Positions 9,646 through 18,000 of a stretch of DNA of 64,000 nucleotides are shown here, piece after piece (position 1 is the stretch's first letter; the number at the start of each line of letters is the position of its first letter). Under the pieces are notes generated by a model. The model did no database searches. It was given only the letters and a program-made list of their open reading frames with translations, and was not told the DNA's origin. The DNA comes from Candidatus Woesearchaeota archaeon (lineage in GTDB: Archaea > Nanobdellota > Nanobdellia > Pacearchaeales > GW2011-AR1), in contig CAZETU010000006.1 of the NCBI GenBank assembly GCA_964514585.1, forward strand, positions 1-64,000, read 5' to 3'. A program made the position numbers and the translations under genes.

Positions 9646-10085
9646 AGTATGTGGAATGTCCCGAGGTATACGACGGAAATGAGAGTAATTTGTTTTTGGC
9701 TGGTGGAATAAGTGGTTGTTCTGATTGGCAAAAGGAAATGGTTGAGTTGTTGGAAGGTGAAGATTTGGTGGTTGTTAACCCGAGGAGGAAAGGTTTTGAT
9801 ATGGATGATAAAACGATGGAGAAGAAACAGATATTGTGGGAATATGAGCATTTAGAGAAGGCTGATATTGTTTCTTTTTGGTTTGCGTCTGAGACTATTT
9901 GTCCTATTACTTTGTATGAGCTTGGGGAAATTTCTAAAATGGATAAAGTTGTTTTTGTTGGTATTGATCCTGGGTATGTTAGAAAAAAAGACGTTGAAAT
10001 ACAGATGAGCTTGATTAGACCAAATGTTGAAATAGTTTATTCTATTGAGGATTTAGCTAGACAAGTGAAAAATGAAATTCGGTAA
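9642..10085 (+). CDS. Nucleoside 2-deoxyribosyltransferase-like protein (Rossmannoid N-glycosidase)
   Basis: LFLAGGI, WQ, VVNPRR, QI.WE..HLEKAD, PITLYELG (catalytic-type Glu). Confidence 0.8.
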   Translation: MKYVECPEVYDGNESNLFLAGGISGCSDWQKEMVELLEGEDLVVVNPRRKGFDMDDKTMEKKQILWEYEHLEKADIVSFWFASETICPITLYELGEISKMDKVVFVGIDPGYVRKKDVEIQMSLIRPNVEIVYSIEDLARQVKNEIR

Positions 10086-10860
10086 GATACTAGTTGTTGA
10101 AAGTAGGAAGGTAACAGAGAATCATCTGGATAGTGTTAGGAATGTTCGGGAGATTTTGGATAGACGTGATGTTAATTATACGTGGATTAGTTATGATGAT
10201 TTGTCGAAAGGGTTTTTTGATGATGTTGATTTGGTGGTGACGATTGGAGGGGATGGAGTTTTTATTCGCGTTTCGCATTTTGTTCGTGATACGCCTCTTT
10301 TGGGAATTAATAGCGACGAGGATACTAGTGAAGGGGCATTGAAGGAGATTTCTGGGAAGGATTTGAAATGTTTCGAGGAGATTTTGGATGGGAACTTTGA
10401 TGTTGTACAAAGGACGCGGGCGCGGGTTGTTAGGAATGGGGAGCTTGTGAAGGAGCTTGCGATTAATGAGGTTTATGTTGGGGTTGAGAATCAGTTTCAT
10501 ACTTCGAGGTATACCATTGAGCATGAAGGGCAGGAAGAAGAGCAGAGGAGTTCTGGGGTTTTGATTGCGACGGGAACTGGAAGTAGCGCTTGGTATAATT
10601 CGGCTGGTGGTGAGAAGTTTGATGCAAGTGGGAATAGCTTGAAATTTATTGTTCGGGAGCTTTTTAGTGCTAGATTATTTCGTCCTAGAATTTTGCATGG
10701 GGAAATTTCGGGTGAGAAAGAAATTGTTTTGAAGTCTAAGAGGAAAGATGGTGGGGTGATTGCTATCGACGGTGCTATTGTTTATCCGTTTAATTCTGAT
10801 GATGAAATTAGGATTCGGGTTTGTAGTCAAAGATTAAATGTTATTGTGCCGAGAAAATGA
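10072..10860 (+). CDS. nadK: NAD+ kinase
   Basis: GGDG motif, LGINSD, AINE, SSG..IATGTGSSAW, IDG. Confidence 0.9.
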   Translation: MKFGKILVVESRKVTENHLDSVRNVREILDRRDVNYTWISYDDLSKGFFDDVDLVVTIGGDGVFIRVSHFVRDTPLLGINSDEDTSEGALKEISGKDLKCFEEILDGNFDVVQRTRARVVRNGELVKELAINEVYVGVENQFHTSRYTIEHEGQEEEQRSSGVLIATGTGSSAWYNSAGGEKFDASGNSLKFIVRELFSARLFRPRILHGEISGEKEIVLKSKRKDGGVIAIDGAIVYPFNSDDEIRIRVCSQRLNVIVPRK

Positions 10861-11426
10861 GGGTAGGGATATTTGGTGGGAGTTTTGATCCGATCCATAA
10901 TACGCATTTGAGAATTGTTAAGGAAGTTATTGGCAAGAAATTGGTTGATGAGGTTTGGGTGATGCCCTGTAAAGAACATGCATTTGGAAAGAGGTCTGTT
11001 ATTTTTGATGATCGTGTTGAAATGGTTCGATTGGCAGTGGATGGTTTGGAGAGAGTTCGGGTTAGTTTATTTGAATCTGGGATTGATGGGGTGACGTATA
11101 CCTACAAAACTATGGGGCTTTTGAAAGAGAAATATCCTGAGTATGAGTTCTTGTGGATTGTTGGGTCGGATATTCCTAGAGTGATAAATAAGTGGAAAAA
11201 TTACGATGAGCTTTTGAGGGAAATTGAATTTGTTGTTTTTGAAAGGGAAGATTACCCTATTGAGAATAAGTTTGGGATGAGAATTAAAGGTGCGATTCGT
11301 GATAATGTTGATGGGGCTTCGTCGACTGAGATTCGACAATGTGTTCAGAATGGCGATTCTTTAATTGGACTGGTTCCTGGGGCAGTTGAAAAATATATAA
11401 AGCGAAAAGGGCTGTATAAGTTATGA
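10857..11426 (+). CDS. nadD: Nicotinate-nucleotide adenylyltransferase (bacterial NadD type)
   Basis: GIFGGSFDPIHNTH, YTY.T, WIVGSD, W, SSTEIR. Confidence 0.9.
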   Translation: MRVGIFGGSFDPIHNTHLRIVKEVIGKKLVDEVWVMPCKEHAFGKRSVIFDDRVEMVRLAVDGLERVRVSLFESGIDGVTYTYKTMGLLKEKYPEYEFLWIVGSDIPRVINKWKNYDELLREIEFVVFEREDYPIENKFGMRIKGAIRDNVDGASSTEIRQCVQNGDSLIGLVPGAVEKYIKRKGLYKL

Positions 11427-12100
11427 AAGAAAAGGGATTGAGGGATTATGAGCATCCATCGGTTACTGCGGATATAGTTGTTTTTTCCGTGAAGGATAAT
11501 GACTTGAAGGTTTTGTTAATTAAGCGAGCGCTCAAACCGTTTGAAAATAAGTGGGCTATTCCTGGCGGATTTCTTCGGATGCATGAGTCTCCTGAGGATG
11601 CAGCTCATCGAGAATTAAGGGAAGAGACGGGGGTTGATTCTTGTTATCTTGAGCAGCTTTATACATTTGGGGCGGTTGGTAGGGATCCAAGGGGTCGAGT
11701 TATTTCGATTGCTTATTTTGCTTTGATTAATTCTGATGATGTTTCCTTGAGGGCTACTACGGATGCTAAGGATGTGAAGTGGTTTTCTGTTGGTAAATTG
11801 CCTAAGCTTTCATTTGACCATAAGGAGATTTTGGATTATGCTTTGAAGCGGCTTCGGTGGAAGTTTGAATATACGACGATTGCGTTTTCTTTGTTGTCTG
11901 GAAAATTTCCGTTGTCTAACTTGAGGAGAATATATGAGACTGTTTTTGATAAGAAGTTTGATAAGAGGAATTTTAGTAAGAAGATTTTGTCTTTGGGGAT
12001 TGTGAAAGAGACGAGTGAGATTCAGCAGGGAGTTGCTTTTAGGCCGGCTCAGCTTTATGGGTTTACCGGGAAGGTTGGCGATATTATTAAGATGATTTAG
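11423..12100 (+). CDS. nrtR: NrtR-family transcriptional regulator (NUDIX + wHTH)
   Basis: PSVTADIVVF, WAIPGGF, LEQLYTFG...RDPRGRVISIAY, LSFDH..I; C-terminal D.RNF.KKIL...RPA.LY wHTH. Confidence 0.9.
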   Translation: MKEKGLRDYEHPSVTADIVVFSVKDNDLKVLLIKRALKPFENKWAIPGGFLRMHESPEDAAHRELREETGVDSCYLEQLYTFGAVGRDPRGRVISIAYFALINSDDVSLRATTDAKDVKWFSVGKLPKLSFDHKEILDYALKRLRWKFEYTTIAFSLLSGKFPLSNLRRIYETVFDKKFDKRNFSKKILSLGIVKETSEIQQGVAFRPAQLYGFTGKVGDIIKMI

Positions 12101-12109
12101 ATTTGTCTA

Positions 12110-12143
12110 GTATAATAATTCTTAAATAAGACTGATTTGTGGA
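12110..12143 (+). repeat. 34-bp duplicated promoter segment, copy 1 (copy 2 at 12611-12644)
   Basis: GTATAATAATTCTTAAATAAG-(AC/GT)-TGATTTGTGGA occurs before both receiver-like paralogs, with 2 mismatches. Confidence 0.85.
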
Positions 12144-12150
12144 GTTTTGT

Positions 12151-12561
12151 ATGAAGGTAATTCCATGGATTGGGTATTATGGTAGAATGAAGTCAGCGAA
12201 GCAGGCTCTTGAAGGAGCGGGCTATACTGTTGACATGAGGGGGAATATGCATTGTGGGATGGGCGCTCTTACTCAAAATAATTATGATATTATGATAGTT
12301 CAGGATTCAGTTGAAGCTGGGACATTTGAATTGCCCGAGGGAGTTCGTCCTGATGATCCGATAGGAAGAGTTCAGGCTTTTTTGGGTGTAGTGAGGAGAT
12401 TAGAAAGATATTCTGAAAGTCCGATTATTATTCCGCATACTATTTCTGCAATAGATAGAGCCAGGGAATTGGAGATTGATGCAAATATTCATCTTGTTAG
12501 TATGCTTTATGCTGATTCGACAACTTGTTTGGTTGAGACTGTTGGGAAGTATTTAAGCTAG
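12151..12561 (+). CDS. Degenerate receiver-like (pseudo-receiver) protein, paralog 1
   Basis: beta/alpha pattern VIPWIG...YDIMIVQD...SPIIIP; lacks the beta1 acidic pair and the KP motif. ATG 12151 chosen from TATA spacing. Confidence 0.55.
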   Translation: MKVIPWIGYYGRMKSAKQALEGAGYTVDMRGNMHCGMGALTQNNYDIMIVQDSVEAGTFELPEGVRPDDPIGRVQAFLGVVRRLERYSESPIIIPHTISAIDRARELEIDANIHLVSMLYADSTTCLVETVGKYLS

Positions 12562-12650
12562 GTTAATTTTATATGGAATGGGTTGTTGTTGATGTGACCT
12601 GAGTTGTTTGGTATAATAATTCTTAAATAAGGTTGATTTGTGGAATGGCT

Positions 12651-13085
12651 ATGACAGATGAGATAGAAATTCCATGGCTTGGACAGAATAGTAGAGTAGA
12701 TAGATATGTTCCTTCCTGTGGAAAAAAGGGATTTAAAATTATACCTTCTGAATCTGTAGCGAGTGGACTTGAGTTACTTAGGGAAGTTGATTATTATCCG
12801 GCCATTATTGTTCAAGACTGGATTGAGCCCAGAATGACTCTTCCAGCTAGAGTTGAATCTAATGCGGACATAGTCTCATATTTATTGCAAGAAGTGAGAA
12901 ATATTCCAGATTATTGTTTTGAAGAAGGTGGAGGAGTTCCGATTCTTATTCCCTATTATCCTGGGGCACGTCAAGAATTAGAAAAACTTAGAATTGATAA
13001 GGGTATTTATTTTCTTGATATGAAAGCAGAGGGTGGTTCTTTGGACTGTGTTGCCAATAAACTTGTAGAGATTTTGAGTCTTTAG
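12651..13085 (+). CDS. Degenerate receiver-like (pseudo-receiver) protein, paralog 2
   Basis: IPWLG...SGLELLRE...AIIVQD...VPILIP, aligning by eye with paralog 1. ATG 12651 chosen from TATA spacing. Confidence 0.55.
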   Translation: MTDEIEIPWLGQNSRVDRYVPSCGKKGFKIIPSESVASGLELLREVDYYPAIIVQDWIEPRMTLPARVESNADIVSYLLQEVRNIPDYCFEEGGGVPILIPYYPGARQELEKLRIDKGIYFLDMKAEGGSLDCVANKLVEILSL

Positions 13086-13119
13086 AAATTTTTATAAGGG
13101 GAGGAATCTTAATTTTACC

Positions 13120-14157
13120 ATGTTAGAGCAGTACTTTGAGAATCAATATTTGAGGGCGTTGGTGGTTTTCGTAGTTGTGTTTGTAGTTTTGAGATTGGTG
13201 GTTTATATTATTGCCCATGTTTTGCCGAAGCTGGTTTCTAAGACTAAGACAACTTTGGATGACGTTATTCTTGAGAAGACTTCGTCGCCGTTGACGATTA
13301 TTGCGCTTTTGGCTGGTGTTCGTTTTGCTATTGGCGAGGTTAATTTGCAAGAGACTTTGAGCATGACGATTGAAGGAATTATTTTGACTTTGATTATTTT
13401 TGCTGCTGCTATCTTGGTTTATTATGTTTTGGACTCGTTGATTATGATTGGGTTTAAGGAATTTGGTGGTAAGTCTAAGGTAAAAATTAATGAGAGCTTG
13501 TTGCAGTTTTTTCATAGTATTTTGAAGATTGTGATTATTGTGGTTGCGTTCTTGGTGATTTTGGCTAGTTGGGGAATTGAGATTGGGCCGCTTTTGGCTG
13601 GGCTTGGCGTTGCTGGTATTGCGATTGCTTTTGCTTTGCAGTCTACTTTGAGTAATATTTTTGGTGGGATTTCGATGTTGCTTGATAAGTCGATTAGCGT
13701 AGGGGACGCTGTTAAGTTGGACGATGGAACGATGGGAAAAATAAAGAAAATTAATCTTAGGAGTACTAAGGTTTTGACGTTTGATAATGAATATATGATT
13801 GTTCCGAATGGGAAGTTGAGTGAGAGTAATATTCAGAATATTGCGTTGCCTGAACCTAAGGCTCGAGTCGTTGTTCCTTTTGGTGTTGCTTATGGTAGTG
13901 ATGTTGATAAGGTTAAGAAAGTTGTTTTGGCGGAAGTTAAGAAAGTTGAGCATTATGTTGATGACCCTGAACCTTCTGTTAAGTTTTTGGAAATGGCAGA
14001 TTCAGCTTTGAATTTTAAGGCGTTTTTTCATGTTGATACTTATGAGAATAGGTATGCCGCACTTGACGAGGCTAATACTCGAATTTACAAGGCTTTAGGT
14101 AAAAATAAGATTGAGATTCCATTCCCTCAGATGGATGTTCATTTGAAGAAGAAGTAG
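13120..14157 (+). CDS. mscS: Small-conductance mechanosensitive channel
   Basis: LLAGLGVAGIAIAFALQSTLSNIFGG, IPNGKL, FGVAYGSD, IEIPFPQ. Confidence 0.92.
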   Translation: MLEQYFENQYLRALVVFVVVFVVLRLVVYIIAHVLPKLVSKTKTTLDDVILEKTSSPLTIIALLAGVRFAIGEVNLQETLSMTIEGIILTLIIFAAAILVYYVLDSLIMIGFKEFGGKSKVKINESLLQFFHSILKIVIIVVAFLVILASWGIEIGPLLAGLGVAGIAIAFALQSTLSNIFGGISMLLDKSISVGDAVKLDDGTMGKIKKINLRSTKVLTFDNEYMIVPNGKLSESNIQNIALPEPKARVVVPFGVAYGSDVDKVKKVVLAEVKKVEHYVDDPEPSVKFLEMADSALNFKAFFHVDTYENRYAALDEANTRIYKALGKNKIEIPFPQMDVHLKKK

Positions 14158-14652
14158 CTAGTTAGTTTTTATGGCTGTGATTAGAATTATTGCTCCGAGG
14201 ACGAAGCCGGCTATGATGTCTGTTAACCAGTGGACTCGAAGGTAGATTCTTGTGAAGCCGATTAGAAGGATGATTAGGGTTGTGATTATTGTTATTAATT
14301 TTGTTTTTTTCTTTGGGATTAGGTAGACTAACATTCCTAGGAATACTACTACGACAGTTGCGTGGCCGCTTGGGAAAGAGTGACTGGTGCTTTCGATTAG
14401 AGCGTTTAGAGGTCTGGATCTTTGGGATACTTCTTTTGTTATCCAAATTAGTGCTCCTGTAATAATCATTGTTATAGCGAATATGGTTCCTTTTTTTCTT
14501 GAGACCTTTAAAAAGAGGTATGCTGAGATTATTAGGGAGATTACGATTAGGACTTCGGGTTCGAAGATTGTTGAGACGATTTTTGAGAATATTGTTAGGG
14601 GTTGGTTTTCGATTTGGGTCATTAGAGCGTTTGTGGCTGTGTCAATTGTCAT
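14158..14652 (-). CDS. PAP2-family membrane phosphatase
   Basis: K...QRSRP, SFPSGHA, RIYLRVHWLTDIIAG. Confidence 0.9.
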   Translation of the reverse strand: MTIDTATNALMTQIENQPLTIFSKIVSTIFEPEVLIVISLIISAYLFLKVSRKKGTIFAITMIITGALIWITKEVSQRSRPLNALIESTSHSFPSGHATVVVVFLGMLVYLIPKKKTKLITIITTLIILLIGFTRIYLRVHWLTDIIAGFVLGAIILITAIKTN

Positions 14653-14704
14653 GTTGGAATTAGTTTATGTAAATATTTAAAATGTTTGGATTGCTTTGGT
14701 TGTT

Positions 14705-15751
14705 ATGGCTAAGATTGTTTTGATTTCTTGTGTTAGTATGAAACTTAATCATGAGTCTGCTGCTCGAGATTTGTATGTGAGTCCACTTTTTTGTAAGAAT
14801 CTTCGATATGCCGAGATGCTGAATCCTGATAAAATTTTTATCTTATCGGCTAAATATGAATTACTTGGGCTTAATGATATTGTTGAGCCTTACAATAAAA
14901 CTTTGAATACCATGTCTTTGGAGGAAAATAAAAAATGGGCAGATTTGGTTTTGAATCAGTTGAAAGAGTTTTCAGATTTTGAGAATGATGATTTTGTTTT
15001 TTTGGCTGGCAATAATTATAGAAGATTTTTGATTCCGCATCTCAAGAATTATTCTGTGCCAATGGAAGGTTTGGGTATTGGAAAGCAGCTTCAATGGTTA
15101 ACTAAAAAAATTAAGGGTGGGAATTGTAGGGTGCTTCATAGATTGTTTGATAAAATGGAAAAACACTCATTTCCTTTTGATGAAGGTGGTATCCCAAAAA
15201 ATGGGATTTATGTTTTATTTGAAAAGGGTGAAATGGGACATTCTGGGAATAGGGTTGTTCGCGTTGGTACACATACTGGAGTTGATCAACTTAGGTCTAG
15301 GTTGTTTCAGTATTTTTTGAATGAGAATAAAGATAGAAGTATTTTTAGAAAAAATATCGGAAGAGCTTTGTTAAATAAGAGGGGAGATTCTTTTCTCGAT
15401 AGCTGGGAGTTGGATTTGACTACCCTTGAGGCTAAGGAAAAATATAGCAAAGAAATTGATTTTAAAAAACAGAAAGAAACTGAGGGGCAAGTGACTAGGT
15501 ATATTCAAGATAATTTTTCTTTTGTGGTCTTTCCCGTTGGGGATAAGGTTCGGAGACTTGAGATTGAATCTAAGATTATATCTACGGTTTCTAATTGCAA
15601 AGAATGTTTTCCTTCTGCTGAATGGTTGGGGAATTTTTCTCCTAAAGATAAAATTAAGAAAAGTGGGCTTTGGTTGGTTAATGAACTTTGGAAAGAGGGT
15701 TTGAGTGATGATAATTTGAAAGAATTAGAAAACTTAATATCTGTGGAATAA
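14705..15751 (+). CDS. DUF6884-like domain fused to a GIY-YIG-like nuclease
   Basis: N-terminal LISC..K...ARDLY.S..F, ILSAKY.LL, PY..TL, LAG..Y, GLGIGKQL; C-terminal GIYVLF...VRVG...L.SRL, R.SIFRKNIG, E. Confidence 0.65.
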   Translation: MAKIVLISCVSMKLNHESAARDLYVSPLFCKNLRYAEMLNPDKIFILSAKYELLGLNDIVEPYNKTLNTMSLEENKKWADLVLNQLKEFSDFENDDFVFLAGNNYRRFLIPHLKNYSVPMEGLGIGKQLQWLTKKIKGGNCRVLHRLFDKMEKHSFPFDEGGIPKNGIYVLFEKGEMGHSGNRVVRVGTHTGVDQLRSRLFQYFLNENKDRSIFRKNIGRALLNKRGDSFLDSWELDLTTLEAKEKYSKEIDFKKQKETEGQVTRYIQDNFSFVVFPVGDKVRRLEIESKIISTVSNCKECFPSAEWLGNFSPKDKIKKSGLWLVNELWKEGLSDDNLKELENLISVE

Positions 15752-16417
15752 AATAAGCCCGTTACTATCTCGAATGTATATTGTGTCGCCGTCGGTGTTC
15801 CAAATGTGAGAGAATGTTTCTATATATTGTGAGTTGGGTTGTATTGTTGCTTGGTAGATGTGATTTGCATCGTCTTTGTATGTGATTTCTAAAATAATAT
15901 TGCAGTTATTTTTGAGGGTTAAGGATTCTGGTTCGTCTGTTTTGAATTCTATGATTTCTATGCAGTTTTCGTTAGGTGATTTTTGCCAGAGGTTTAGTTG
16001 ATTTGTTCTTGCGAATTCTTCGGCTTTTTTGAGGGCTTCGTAGTGATGGTCTTTTTCATAGTAGTATAAATTTCCTAATCCTTCTTTCAAAATTGCCTCG
16101 TTGATGTTTTGATTGTTTAGGAAAATGTAGGCTAAGGTTCTGCCATATTTGTCATGACCTGTTTTTTCGATTGAGATTTTGTTATTTTGAATTGTTTTAT
16201 TAAGGAACTGTTTTGCCTCTTTGTAGAATTGCTTTGATCTTTCTGGGGTATTGATTCCTTCGAGTCTTAGGATTTCTCCGGATTCTAATTTTATCGTATC
16301 TCCATCTGTTATGTGTTGGACGTATGATGTTTGGAGTGATTTTGATGAGGCTATTTGGTAGTAGAAGATGCCTGATGTTATGAAAAGGATGATTAGGATC
16401 GTGGGTTTGAAGTTCAT
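15734..16417 (-). CDS. Thermonuclease (SNase)-family protein with N-terminal membrane anchor and lamin-tail-like C-terminus
   Basis: ITDGDTI, LRLEGINTPE, DKYGRTLAY, GLG, A.....NLW; C-terminal IWNTDGDTIYIRD. Confidence 0.85.
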   Translation of the reverse strand: MNFKPTILIILFITSGIFYYQIASSKSLQTSYVQHITDGDTIKLESGEILRLEGINTPERSKQFYKEAKQFLNKTIQNNKISIEKTGHDKYGRTLAYIFLNNQNINEAILKEGLGNLYYYEKDHHYEALKKAEEFARTNQLNLWQKSPNENCIEIIEFKTDEPESLTLKNNCNIILEITYKDDANHIYQATIQPNSQYIETFSHIWNTDGDTIYIRDSNGLILFHRY

Positions 16418-16467
16418 GGTTGTTTTAGGACAGTAAGGTTTAAAAGTGTAATTTTTGTTGATGTCAT

Positions 16468-16776
16468 ATGAGTAAAGTAAGGATTAAATTACAGAGTGTC
16501 GATATCGATAAATTGAATGAAGTTATCGATAGGATAAAGACGATAGCTAGTGGAGCTGGAATGCCAATAAGTGGTCCGATTCCTTTGCCGACTAAGCGAT
16601 TGAAAGTTACAACTCGAAAGTCTCCTTGTGGGGATGGTACTGCTACTTTTGATAGATATGAAATGAGAATTCACAAGAGAGTAATTGACTTGCCAGCTAA
16701 TGATAAAATTCTTCATAATATTATGAGAATATCTATTCCTAGAACTGTAAAGATTAAGATCGAAATGGTGGACTGA
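16468..16776 (+). CDS. rpsJ: 30S ribosomal protein S10 (uS10)
   Basis: RIKLQS, SGPIPLPTK, TTRKSPCGDG..T.DRYEMRIHKRVID (archaeal-type). Confidence 0.97.
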   Translation: MSKVRIKLQSVDIDKLNEVIDRIKTIASGAGMPISGPIPLPTKRLKVTTRKSPCGDGTATFDRYEMRIHKRVIDLPANDKILHNIMRISIPRTVKIKIEMVD

Positions 16777-16929
16777 GGTCAAAAATTTCGTTGGTACAAA
16801 ATTCTTTGGGAAATTTCTGCAGAAATTTAAATTGTTTAATTCTACGAGATGTGACTATTGGAATTAATATTTATTTGGCTTGTGCGGCTCTATAATTAAT
16901 TTTATAAAGTGAGTTTTGTGTGATTTTTT

Positions 16930-17244
16930 ATGGAACAAACATGGAGAGTTTATGCTCCGAAAGATAGGGATACTAGTTATGACTGTAAGGCGAATCTTAG
17001 GACTATAGTTAGCGTGGCTTTTGTTTTTGGTAGTCCTTTGAGATCTCATCTAAAGGCTGATTGGGGTGATGATATTTATTTGGTGAATGTTGATGATGAG
17101 GAAGTTGCTGTTGTTGCTAGGGAGAGGGGGCAGAGGACTCAATCTAAAGGGGTATTTGATGATAGGGAAGAGGGTATATTTTATTGTGTTTCTGATGGGA
17201 ATGAACGGGCTGTTGAAAGTGCTATTGTGAAAACTTTTATGTAG
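16930..17244 (+). CDS. Hypothetical protein
   Basis: 104-aa ORF preceded by TTTATAAA; no recognised motif. Confidence 0.55.
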   Translation: MEQTWRVYAPKDRDTSYDCKANLRTIVSVAFVFGSPLRSHLKADWGDDIYLVNVDDEEVAVVARERGQRTQSKGVFDDREEGIFYCVSDGNERAVESAIVKTFM

Positions 17245-17249
17245 ATTGA

Positions 17250-17798
17250 TTATTGATTGAAATATTTTTCTTGGTTAAGATATCGCAAGAGTTCATTGAA
17301 TTCTTTTTTGATTTCTGGGAAGTCTTCAAAGTATTTTTCTTTGTGTTTCCTTATGAATTCTTCTGTCCAGTTTGTCCATTTTTCTTTGTGGTCTAAACCT
17401 TGAATTAAGGGATCTAATTTGTCTATTGCTGTTGCGAATTTTGCTTCTGGTGTTTTTCTTTCTCGGTATTCCTTGTGTAATTCTGAAATTTTAGTGGATT
17501 GAGTTTTTGGTAATTCTTTTAGAAAGTTTAGGTTGGGGGTGGTTTCGGAGTTTTCGTTTTTGATGTTTGGGTGTAGTGGCGTATCTCCGATTTCAATTTC
17601 TTCTATGTCGTGGTAGATTAGGAGGTCGTAGACTTTTTGTTTATTTAATTTTGTTAATATTTTTGAGAGGAAGTAATCTGCTAGAATTAGGCAGCTCCAA
17701 GAATGTTCTGCGACGCTTTCTTTTCTGTTGCCGTTTGTGCTTAGTCTGTCGATTCTTTTGAGTTCGTATAATTTTGAAAGTTCGATGAGTTTTGTCAT
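17250..17798 (-). CDS. HD-domain phosphohydrolase (YfbR-like)
   Basis: LK...R, ESVAEHSW, YHD..E..IGD, EAKF..AIDKLD. Confidence 0.88.
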   Translation of the reverse strand: MTKLIELSKLYELKRIDRLSTNGNRKESVAEHSWSCLILADYFLSKILTKLNKQKVYDLLIYHDIEEIEIGDTPLHPNIKNENSETTPNLNFLKELPKTQSTKISELHKEYRERKTPEAKFATAIDKLDPLIQGLDHKEKWTNWTEEFIRKHKEKYFEDFPEIKKEFNELLRYLNQEKYFNQ

Positions 17799-17875
17799 GT
17801 TATATTAAATATTTTGATGTTTAAGAATTCTTTGAATGCTTAATTTTTTAAAGTGATTTTTGTGTGTCCCATTAA

Positions 17876-17956
17876 GCCCACGTCGCATAACGGTATTGCA
17901 CAAGACTGGAACTCTTGACCCTTCGGGGTGCCCAGGTTCGACTCCTGGTGTGGGCG
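17876..17956 (+). tRNA. tRNA-Ser(GGA)
   Basis: Acceptor GCCCACG/TGTGGGC, anticodon stem CAAGA/TCTTG with loop CT-GGA-AC (17908-17910), variable arm ACCC-TTCG-GGGT, T-arm CCAGG-TTCGACT-CCTGG, discriminator G; no encoded CCA. Confidence 0.95.
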
Positions 17957-18000
17957 TTTATTCTAATTTACTTAGATTGAATTGGTGTGGTGATAGCTAG

